Of a stretch of DNA of 64,000 bases, positions 18,164 to 25,574 are shown in pieces. How positions within the stretch are numbered: the stretch's first letter is position 1; each line of letters begins with the position of its first letter. Both the position numbers and the translations under genes were made by a program. This stretch comes from Candidatus Acidiferrales bacterium (GTDB taxonomy: Bacteria > Acidobacteriota > Terriglobia > Terriglobales > Acidobacteriaceae). Below the pieces are notes generated by a model. That model had not been told where the DNA came from and did not search any database. It worked only from the letters and a program-made list of their open reading frames with translations. The DNA is taken from positions 11,379 through 75,378 of the forward strand of contig DATNDP010000221.1 in assembly GCA_035553195.1 (NCBI GenBank), read 5' to 3'.

Positions 18164-19110
18164 ATTTTAAACTCGATCATCAGATGGTGCTCATCTTTCA
18201 GGGCCTTTTCGGATTGCTGGTCCTCGCGTCACTTGCCGGTGCGATTCTGGCCCGGACGGCAAAATCGGAGAAGGGCCAGGCCACAGTCGAAAATTTGAAT
18301 GCACGGATGCGTGCATGGTGGGTGATGAGCGGCATTTTTGCCATCACGCTCATCATCGGCCCAAACGGATCAACCATTCTCTTCGCGTTCATCTCATTTC
18401 TGGCTTTGCGTGAATACGTGAGCCTGATTGATCCCTTTCCTGCCGACCATCGCACCCTGTTCTGGACGTTCTTTGTCATCACACCTCTCCAGTACTGGCT
18501 GGTTTATCGGCAGTGGTATGGTCTGTTTTCAATCCTCATTCCCGTATATGCGTTTCTCTTTGTTCCTACGCGGTTGGCAATTTCAGGGGAAACACAGAAA
18601 TTTCTTGATCGCGCATCGCGAATCCATTGGGGATTGATGGTGTGTGTTTACTGCATTAGCTACGCGCCAGCCCTGCTGATGTTGAACATTCCAGGCTATC
18701 GCGGGCAGGACGCCAAACTGTTGCTCTTTCTTGTCGTCGTGGTACAGCTCAGCGACGTTTTTCAGTATGTCTGGGGCAAGCTGCTGGGCAAGCGCAAGAT
18801 TGCGCCGAACGTCTCTCCAAATAAAACATGGGAGGGATTCATTGGAGGAGTGGCGACTGCCGTCGCTGTCGGGGCTGGCTTGTACTGGATGACGCCGTTT
18901 CGGCCCGGCGAAGCTCTGCTCATGTCTATTGCGATCACGCTGTCAGGCTTTGCCGGCGGATTGACCATGTCAGCGGTCAAGCGCGATCGTGGGATCAAAG
19001 ATTTCGGCACCATGGTGGAAGGCCATGGCGGAATCCTGGACCGCATGGATTCCATCTGCTTTTCCGCGCCCATTTTCTTTCACCTGACGCGCTATTTCTT
19101 CGAGCGTTAG
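18160..19110 (+). CDS. phosphatidate cytidylyltransferase family protein (CdsA/YnbB-like)
   Basis: Contains the CTP-transferase 1 signature SPNKTWEGFIGG...KRDRGIKDFG..GHGGILDRMDS. ATGA overlap with the acyltransferase gene. Confidence 0.85.
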   Translation: MNFKLDHQMVLIFQGLFGLLVLASLAGAILARTAKSEKGQATVENLNARMRAWWVMSGIFAITLIIGPNGSTILFAFISFLALREYVSLIDPFPADHRTLFWTFFVITPLQYWLVYRQWYGLFSILIPVYAFLFVPTRLAISGETQKFLDRASRIHWGLMVCVYCISYAPALLMLNIPGYRGQDAKLLLFLVVVVQLSDVFQYVWGKLLGKRKIAPNVSPNKTWEGFIGGVATAVAVGAGLYWMTPFRPGEALLMSIAITLSGFAGGLTMSAVKRDRGIKDFGTMVEGHGGILDRMDSICFSAPIFFHLTRYFFER

Positions 19111-19857
19111 TTATCCGCGGAAGAAATCCTTGAACGCCTGCTTGAAGACTTCGCGGCCGGTATCGGCAATGGCATTGGTCAGCGGGATGTCCTTGGGGCA
19201 GACCTCGACACAGTTCTGTGCATAGCCGCACTCCTGGATTCCGCCATCGCCCATCAGTGCGCGCAGGCGCTCATGTTTCAGCGCAGAGCCTGTAGGGTGC
19301 TCGTTAAACAGCTTCACTTGTGCGATGGTCGCAGCGCCGACGAAGCCGGTGTGCTCATTGAATTGCGGGCAGGCTTCCATACAGCAACAGCACGAGATGC
19401 AGCGGGAAATCGGATAGCGCTCTTCCTGCTCGCTGGGGGACATGCGCGGGCCGGAACCGAGATCATAAGTCCCGTCCACTGGTACCCAGGCTTTCACGGC
19501 TTTGAGGTTTTCGAAAAGAACACTGCGGTCGACAGCCAGATCGCGCACGACGGGAAACTTGCTGAAAGGCTCGACCGTGATGGGTTGTTCCAGTTTATCC
19601 ACCAGCGCCGAACAGGCCATGCGCGCGCGGCCGTTGATACGCATGGCGCAGGATCCGCACACTTCCTCAAGGCAGTTTGAATCATAGGCGATCGGCGTCG
19701 TCGCCTTGCCGTCGCGGGTGACAGGGTTCAGGGCGATCTCCATCATGGCTGAGATCACGTTCATGCCAGGCTTCCATGTCAACTCAAATTCTTCCCAGTG
19801 CGGCTGGGATTTTGGATTTTCCTGCCTCTTGATCTTCAAGACAACCTTTTTTGCCAT
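19111..19857 (-). CDS. sdhB: succinate dehydrogenase/fumarate reductase iron-sulfur subunit
   Basis: Contains the Cys clusters for 2Fe-2S (CLEEVCGSCAM), 4Fe-4S (CISCCCCMEACP) and 3Fe-4S (CGYAQNCVEVCP). Its stop abuts the convergent CdsA-like stop with no gap. Confidence 0.95.
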   Translation of the reverse strand: MAKKVVLKIKRQENPKSQPHWEEFELTWKPGMNVISAMMEIALNPVTRDGKATTPIAYDSNCLEEVCGSCAMRINGRARMACSALVDKLEQPITVEPFSKFPVVRDLAVDRSVLFENLKAVKAWVPVDGTYDLGSGPRMSPSEQEERYPISRCISCCCCMEACPQFNEHTGFVGAATIAQVKLFNEHPTGSALKHERLRALMGDGGIQECGYAQNCVEVCPKDIPLTNAIADTGREVFKQAFKDFFRG

Positions 19858-19860
19858 CGA

Positions 19861-20061
19861 TTATTTTCCGCTTTCCCTTATCGTGATGAACTTCAGCGTA
19901 GTCATGATTGCATTCAGAAATGTAATTCCGGCGAACGCCCAGTACACCCAATCGTGCTTCCTGAGCCCCGCCGCCGCCAGCACTGCCGCAATCGCGAAGA
20001 AGATGATCGCGGTGTTGCGATACCAGAGCGGTGATGCGCCTTGTTTTTCCTGTTGCTCCAC
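19861..20061 (-). CDS. small two-TM membrane protein encoded between sdhA and sdhB
   Basis: 66 aa with a GTG start preceded by GAAAGG. Two hydrophobic helices (AIIFFAIAAVLAAAGL; WVYWAFAGITFLNAIM). It ends 3 nt before the sdhB start. No known family recognised. Confidence 0.45.
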   Translation of the reverse strand: MEQQEKQGASPLWYRNTAIIFFAIAAVLAAAGLRKHDWVYWAFAGITFLNAIMTTLKFITIRESGK

Positions 20062-20073
20062 TTAAAACCTTTC

Positions 20074-20153
20074 AACCACATAGGACACAAAGGAGCACGA
20101 AGGCATAAACGTGATCACGGAAATTTTTGTGACCCTTTGTGTCCTTTGTGGTT
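20074..20153 (-). repeat. long hairpin: 20-bp inverted repeat (19/20 paired) with 40-nt spacer in the sdhA-to-small-ORF gap
   Basis: AACCACATAGGACACAAAGG (20074-20093) is the reverse complement of CCTTTGTGTCCTTTGTGGTT (20134-20153) apart from one position. Confidence 0.8.
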
Positions 20154-20159
20154 TGCTTC

Positions 20160-21953
20160 TCATTTGGCCATGTCATACCTGCGCGGCCTCGGCGGCAGCA
20201 GCGACACATCCACCGGTTCAAATTCGAACCTGGGTTCATCCACGTCCGGGGCGAAATATGCCTTCGTTGTTTTCAGCCAGTTCTTGTCGTCGCGCTCGGG
20301 AAAATCCGGCTTGTAATGGGCTCCGCGCGATTCATTCCTCATGGCTGCTCCCTGGGCAATCACGCGCGAGAGCTGCAGCATGTTGTAAAGCTGGCGAGTG
20401 AAAATGAATGACGTATTGGCCCACTGGCTGCGATCGCTCAGGTTGATGTGGTTGAAACGGTCGAGCAATTCGACCAATTTTGCATCGGTCTCCTGCAAGG
20501 GCTTGTTATAGCGGATGACGGTGCAGTTTTTTGTCATCAGCACGCCCAGCTCACGCCAGATGCGGAACGGATTTTCCGTGCCGTTCGATTGCAGCAGGCT
20601 GGCGTTGGCTTCTTCCTGGCGTTTGCGCTCGGCGTCGAATACGGTGCTGCTCACGCCGTCAGTGGATTTGGCGTTATTTTTTGCGTATTGCAGTGCTTGC
20701 GGGCCGGCGATGAATCCGCCGTTAATGCAGGAGACCAGCGAGTTGGCTCCCAGGCGGTTTGCTCCATGGATGCTGAAGTCGCACTCACCGCAGGCATAAA
20801 TGCCTTTGATGTTGGTGGCCTGGTTGTAATCCACCCAAAGGCCGCCCATGGTGTAGTGCATGCCGGGGAAGATCTTCATTGGTGTCTCGCGGGGATCGTC
20901 GCCGACGAACTTCTCGTAGATTTCCAGAATGCCTTCAAGCTTGCGGTCGAGCGTGTCCCGGTCAATGTGCGTCAGATCCAGATAGACCATCGCCTGACCG
21001 TCGATTCCGAGATCGTATTCGTAAACCACTTTGTGGATGGCCCGCGTGGCTACATCGCGCGGAACCAGATTGCCGTACTTGGGATACCATTCCTCCAGAA
21101 AGTACCAGCGCTCGGATTCGGGAATGCTTTTGGGATCGCGCTTGTCGCCTTTATCTTTGGGAACCCAGACGCGCCCGCCTTCACCGCGGGCTGATTCCGA
21201 CATAAGGCGCAGCTTGTCCTCTCCCGGAATCGACGTGGGATGGACTTGGATAAACTCGCCATTGGCATAAAAACATCCCTGTTGATAGAGCGCGGATTGC
21301 GCGGAACCTGTGCACACGACTGAATTCGTGGATTTTCCGAAGATCGCCCCGATGCCGCCGGTCGCCATAATGACGGCGTCGGCAGGGAACGTGCGGACTT
21401 CCATGCTGCGCAGGTCCATAGCGCAAATGCCGCGGCAGGTCTTCTGGCTGTCGAGGACTGCGCTCAAGAACTCCCAATGTTCATACTTCCGGACCTTGCC
21501 CTCGGACTCGTAGCGGCGTACTTGCTCATCCAGCGCGTAAAGGAGTTGCTGGCCCGTTGTCGCGCCGGCAAACGCTGTGCGGTGATGGAGTGTGCCCCCG
21601 AAACGGCGGAAATCCAGCAACCCTTCGGGTGTACGGTTGAAGGGAACTCCCATGCGGTCCAGCAGATCGATAATGCCCGGTGCGGCCTCACACATTGTTT
21701 TCACCGGAGGCTGGTGCGCCAGGAAATCTCCGCCGTAGACCGTATCGTCAAAGTGCTGCCACGTAGTATCGCCTTCGCCCTTGAGGTTCTTCGCCGCATT
21801 GATCCCACCCTGCGCGCAAACCGAGTGGGAGCGCTTGACTGGCACGATCGAGAACAGATCAACGTGCCCGCCGTGTTCGGCAATTTTGATTACGGCTGAC
21901 AACCCGGCGAGGCCACCCCCGACGACAATGATTTTTGGATTCGTTGCTGCCAT
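20160..21953 (-). CDS. sdhA: succinate dehydrogenase/fumarate reductase flavoprotein subunit
   Basis: FAD fold IIVVGGGLAGLSA, covalent-FAD His region RSHSVCAQGGINA, and active-site HPTSIP and RGEGG motifs are present. Confidence 0.95.
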   Translation of the reverse strand: MAATNPKIIVVGGGLAGLSAVIKIAEHGGHVDLFSIVPVKRSHSVCAQGGINAAKNLKGEGDTTWQHFDDTVYGGDFLAHQPPVKTMCEAAPGIIDLLDRMGVPFNRTPEGLLDFRRFGGTLHHRTAFAGATTGQQLLYALDEQVRRYESEGKVRKYEHWEFLSAVLDSQKTCRGICAMDLRSMEVRTFPADAVIMATGGIGAIFGKSTNSVVCTGSAQSALYQQGCFYANGEFIQVHPTSIPGEDKLRLMSESARGEGGRVWVPKDKGDKRDPKSIPESERWYFLEEWYPKYGNLVPRDVATRAIHKVVYEYDLGIDGQAMVYLDLTHIDRDTLDRKLEGILEIYEKFVGDDPRETPMKIFPGMHYTMGGLWVDYNQATNIKGIYACGECDFSIHGANRLGANSLVSCINGGFIAGPQALQYAKNNAKSTDGVSSTVFDAERKRQEEANASLLQSNGTENPFRIWRELGVLMTKNCTVIRYNKPLQETDAKLVELLDRFNHINLSDRSQWANTSFIFTRQLYNMLQLSRVIAQGAAMRNESRGAHYKPDFPERDDKNWLKTTKAYFAPDVDEPRFEFEPVDVSLLPPRPRRYDMAK

Positions 21954-21989
21954 ATTCAGGACCTTGATCTCTCCATTCTCATTCGTCTG

Positions 21990-22736
21990 CTACTCGGGAC
22001 TGCCGGGAGTACCTGATTGAAAGCTCGGCGGCTTGGGCGGTAACTGGGCCGGAGTGTCTTTCCACTGCAGTTTGAAAAAGGATGACAGTGTTGCTATGCC
22101 TACCGCGATGAACGCGATGGCAATCACCCACGAGACTCCCGCCATCGCGCGGCGCGACTTCTTCGTAGCCGTGATGCCCCACTTGGCGCAGAAAAGATAA
22201 AGTCCGTAAGCGAAGTGCCATGAAGCAGCGATGATGCCGATGGTATAGAAGGCCGCTGCCCACGGGTTCTGTAATTCCATCTGCACCTTGTGGAATGCCG
22301 CCTGGTTATGAGTGAGCAGATGCACGCCGCTGAATCGCATGGTATACGTATGCCAGCCGATGAATACGAAGGTAATCGCGCCCGTCCACCGCTGCGCCCC
22401 GTACATGAAATTCCCGGCCCAGGGATAATCGCTCACATTCGATTGTCCGCGGAACCATATGTAGAAGCCGTACAACGAGTGATAAAGCAGCGGCAGATAG
22501 ATAAAGAAGATTTCTAGAAAGAGGACGAAGGGCAAACCGCTCAGGAACTTAACCTGGTCGGCATAAGCGTAAGGACCGTTGGTGGCAAAAGCGTTGGAAG
22601 TGAAGTGCTCCAGAAGAAAAGCGCCGATGGGGAAAATTCCACTCAGCGAATGCAAACGCCGCCAGAAAAAGGAGTGGCCTTGCGCAGCGCGGAGAGCGGG
22701 CACACCGCGCGCGACCGGGGAAACGTCAGTTGCCAT
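21990..22736 (-). CDS. sdhC: succinate dehydrogenase cytochrome b558 subunit (five-TM, Bacillus/Bacteroidetes type)
   Basis: 248-aa polytopic protein directly upstream of sdhA. The N-terminus FFWRRLHSLSGIFPIGAFLLEHF is typical of the b558 family. Confidence 0.9.
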   Translation of the reverse strand: MATDVSPVARGVPALRAAQGHSFFWRRLHSLSGIFPIGAFLLEHFTSNAFATNGPYAYADQVKFLSGLPFVLFLEIFFIYLPLLYHSLYGFYIWFRGQSNVSDYPWAGNFMYGAQRWTGAITFVFIGWHTYTMRFSGVHLLTHNQAAFHKVQMELQNPWAAAFYTIGIIAASWHFAYGLYLFCAKWGITATKKSRRAMAGVSWVIAIAFIAVGIATLSSFFKLQWKDTPAQLPPKPPSFQSGTPGSPE

Positions 22737-22787
22737 TAAAATCCGCTCCGTTCCTCAGATGATTTGAACAGTACAGGCAAACCTTTC

Positions 22788-22816
22788 ATTATGCGGCTCG
22801 CGGGTTGCCGCGTCAA
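22788..22816 (-). promoter_or_regulatory. candidate sigma-70-type promoter of the sdh operon
   Basis: Read on the minus strand: TTGACG (22816-22811), a 17-nt spacer, then CATAAT (22793-22788). This is about 50 nt upstream of the sdhC ATG at 22736. Confidence 0.45.
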
Positions 22817-23183
22817 CAATCCTGCGTTTGCTTTCACGCAGGCTGCCCTGGGAGAAAGCAAACATCATCGAGGAAAGCAGTATGCCAACGGGAATATGCC
22901 GTGCTGCTGGTGAAGGAGTGCACCGGTCGCGAGCATAATTTGTTTTCAGGAATCGTTAAGAATAGGAAAGGACTGATTCGCGCAAATGGGTGCCGTTGGT
23001 CAGGTATTTACGTTTCAACGCGATACTCTGAAGGACATGGCGGCGAAGCTCGAAACAGGCAACGGCCGGTTTTGGGAATCCATCCATCTTTAAAGAGAAG
23101 ATAGCTCGGAAAAGGTATTGACGGCATAGATACTGCCTGGCAGCGGCAAAGCACCAGGCGTAAATGGCGGAAGGAGGATTTCC

Positions 23184-23414
23184 ATGGCTAAAGGAGCGAC
23201 CATCGAGAATTTTAACACGTGGCTTTTTCTCGCGGTTCTCATCGCGTTCACCACGGCAGCCGGAAGCGTCATGGCTGTGTACGCCTATATGGACGAGACG
23301 CAAACAGCGATTGACCTGAGGGTGGGAGATCACAGCAGCATGTGCCTTCACGCACGATGCTGGGGTCCGCAGGGAAGTTGGGGCAGCAGCGGTCTAGCGC
23401 AGCATACGAGATAA
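23184..23414 (+). CDS. possible small membrane-anchored protein
   Basis: The ATG has a very strong Shine-Dalgarno (GGAAGGAGGATTTCC-ATG) and there is one TM helix (WLFLAVLIAFTTAAGSVMAVYAY). The C-terminal half looks non-proteinaceous, and the last 21 nt overlap the convergent SCO gene. Confidence 0.3.
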   Translation: MAKGATIENFNTWLFLAVLIAFTTAAGSVMAVYAYMDETQTAIDLRVGDHSSMCLHARCWGPQGSWGSSGLAQHTR

Positions 23415-24275
23415 AGCTTGATTTCGATGTGTGTAATCCGACCATGCTCTCATGATGTCGGCAGGCGTCCATGAATTTCCGTGCCACCAGGCAATCACTT
23501 TCCCATCGGGTGCAATTAGCGTAGTACTCAATGAATGAGTGATCATGCCCTGATCGGGAAGCGCAGTCAGACCAAACCACTCGAGAACGCGCGGCAGAGT
23601 TTTTGGGGGAATTACCGCGAAGGTCCAGCTGTGAGCGTCGGGCCCGTGGGTCCACTGCGCATGCATCCGGCGCAGAACTTCAGGCGTATCGTGTTCCGGA
23701 TCAAAGCTGATGCTGAGCAGGCGCAGATTGCGAGGTTGAGAGTTGACCGTTTCATTTTTGAGCAACTCGGCAAAGTTGCTATTCATCCGCGGGCAGTAGT
23801 CGGGCAGTGGGCAACGTGAGTAGATAAAGGTGATGGCAAGCGGGCGTCCGCGCAAGCTGGATAAAGAAAAGGTGCGGCTGTTTTGGTCAACAAGCCGGAA
23901 GTTGGGAACTTCCTCTCCAGGTTGCGGCATGTGGAACGTCGAAGTAGTTGTAACAGTGACGGGCTGCGCTGGAGCTTTGGCTGTCACGCGAATGTTTTCA
24001 AGCCAGGAGCGATCGCCAGCGACCACGAGGTCTGCTGTAACGCTGTCATTCAGGTGAAGCTGCTGTAGCGCGGATGCGTCTTTCACTCGATACTCCATGA
24101 GCATGGCAGGCATGAAGCCCGGGATGGCGTCGTGGCTCACGCTGACATTGCCCCGCGTTGAATCAATGGAAATAACCGTACCGTTGAGCTGGTAGCGCTT
24201 TTGCGAGTGCGAGCAGCCACAGAGCAACGCCACCGCTGCGAGCAGCGGAAGCGCGAAGTGTTTTATTGACAACAT
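23394..24275 (-). CDS. lipoprotein fusing a CusF-like Cu(I)-binding domain to a SCO/SenC thioredoxin-fold domain
   Basis: Lipobox LLCGC|S. The CusF-like segment is GTVISID..VSVSHDAIPGFMPAMLMEYRV. The SCO segment contains FIYSRCPLPDYCP. The start is set at MLSIKHF (24275); the track ORF begins 18 codons earlier. Confidence 0.8.
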   Translation of the reverse strand: MLSIKHFALPLLAAVALLCGCSHSQKRYQLNGTVISIDSTRGNVSVSHDAIPGFMPAMLMEYRVKDASALQQLHLNDSVTADLVVAGDRSWLENIRVTAKAPAQPVTVTTTSTFHMPQPGEEVPNFRLVDQNSRTFSLSSLRGRPLAITFIYSRCPLPDYCPRMNSNFAELLKNETVNSQPRNLRLLSISFDPEHDTPEVLRRMHAQWTHGPDAHSWTFAVIPPKTLPRVLEWFGLTALPDQGMITHSLSTTLIAPDGKVIAWWHGNSWTPADIMRAWSDYTHRNQALSRMLR

Positions 24276-24386
24276 CTCTTTTGAAAATAATTGCTGCGCC
24301 CATACAACGCAAGAGAGCCCAATTCGCAAGACAAGTGGGGTGCACGTTTTTGAAACAATTTAGCGGTCGCCATTATCTAATGGAGC

Positions 24387-25469
24387 ATGAGTGCAATCCT
24401 CCGCGCAACCACGATTTTATTGGTGTGCATTTTTATAATTCCTTTTGCCGCGCGGGCCAGCGAGGCGAACCCAGCTACCTTAATCCACAGCGGGCACTAC
24501 AAGCAGGCGCGTCCGCTGCTGGAACACGAGCTTCAGCAGAATCCGAATAATCCTGATGCCCTGGTCCTTCTTGCGCGAGTTCACCTTGCCTACAACGAAT
24601 ATGATGACGCACTCAAGCTGCTGCGTCAGGCAGTGAAACAGGCGCCCTCGAACTCTGACGCGCATGTCTATCTGGCTGAGGCGTACGCACAGAAGATCGA
24701 CCACGCAGGCGCCTTCGAGAAGATAGGAATGGCAAAGACCATCAGAAAAGAAGCAGAGCGTGCCGTTGCCGCCGACCCGAGGAACCTGGACGCGCTTGAG
24801 TCTCTGATGGAGTTTCATATTGAGGCGCCGGGAATGGTCGGCGGGGATAAAGACAAGGCGCGAGAGCTGTCAATGCGGATTGCAGAACTGGATTCTGTGC
24901 GCGGAAATTTTGCCCGCGCCGCGATTGCCGAGCATGAAAAACATTACGATGAGCAGAAAGAGTTTGAGCTCAATGCGGTGAAATCAAACCCGCGTTCCTA
25001 CGACGCTCTCGTTGGGGCGTCAGAGCTTTATCTGAGCCCACGATTTTTGGACTATCGTGCTGCCTCAGAGTTTGCGGCCAGAGCTATTGCGGTGGATCCA
25101 ACGCGCGTACGCGGGTACTCACTGCTGGCGCAAGCATATGCGGGGCTTGGAAGAAGGGAAGAACTAGGCGCGCTGTTGGAACGCGCACACGACAAAGTCC
25201 CCGACGATTTAGCTCCGTATTTCTATGCCGCACAAACTCTGCTGAGTACAGAAATGGACTCGGCTCTCGCCGAGAAGCTTTTGCGCAAATACCTGACGCA
25301 GCAACCCGAAGGCGAAGCTCCTACACTCGGTGAAGCTCACTGGCGGCTTGGGCAAGCCCTGGCGAGACAGGGAAAAAATGAAGACGCCCAACGAGAAATG
25401 GAAGATGCAGTGCGGATTAATCCTGATCTCAAGGGTGCTCGCAAAGAACTTGAACGCCTGAAATCTTAG
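24387..25469 (+). CDS. secreted TPR-repeat protein
   Basis: Signal peptide followed by repeated approximately 34-aa A/L/Y-rich helical pairs (for example DALVLLARVHLAYNEYDDALKLLRQAV). Confidence 0.8.
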   Translation: MSAILRATTILLVCIFIIPFAARASEANPATLIHSGHYKQARPLLEHELQQNPNNPDALVLLARVHLAYNEYDDALKLLRQAVKQAPSNSDAHVYLAEAYAQKIDHAGAFEKIGMAKTIRKEAERAVAADPRNLDALESLMEFHIEAPGMVGGDKDKARELSMRIAELDSVRGNFARAAIAEHEKHYDEQKEFELNAVKSNPRSYDALVGASELYLSPRFLDYRAASEFAARAIAVDPTRVRGYSLLAQAYAGLGRREELGALLERAHDKVPDDLAPYFYAAQTLLSTEMDSALAEKLLRKYLTQQPEGEAPTLGEAHWRLGQALARQGKNEDAQREMEDAVRINPDLKGARKELERLKS

Positions 25470-25574
25470 AAGGACCCTGGCAATCTTCGGCCGGCAATGT
25501 TGCTTGCGTTTCTCCCTTGCGCCGTGAGGTTCTCTCTGGAATGCGGTTGCGAATCCTGAGAGAATGGCGCTTGA

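Noticed and set aside
22869-22880. CGAGGAAAGCAG, resembling the RNase P RNA CR-I motif (GAGGAAAGUCC).
   Set aside because: The match breaks at the essential GUCC, and none of the other conserved RNase P regions are present nearby.
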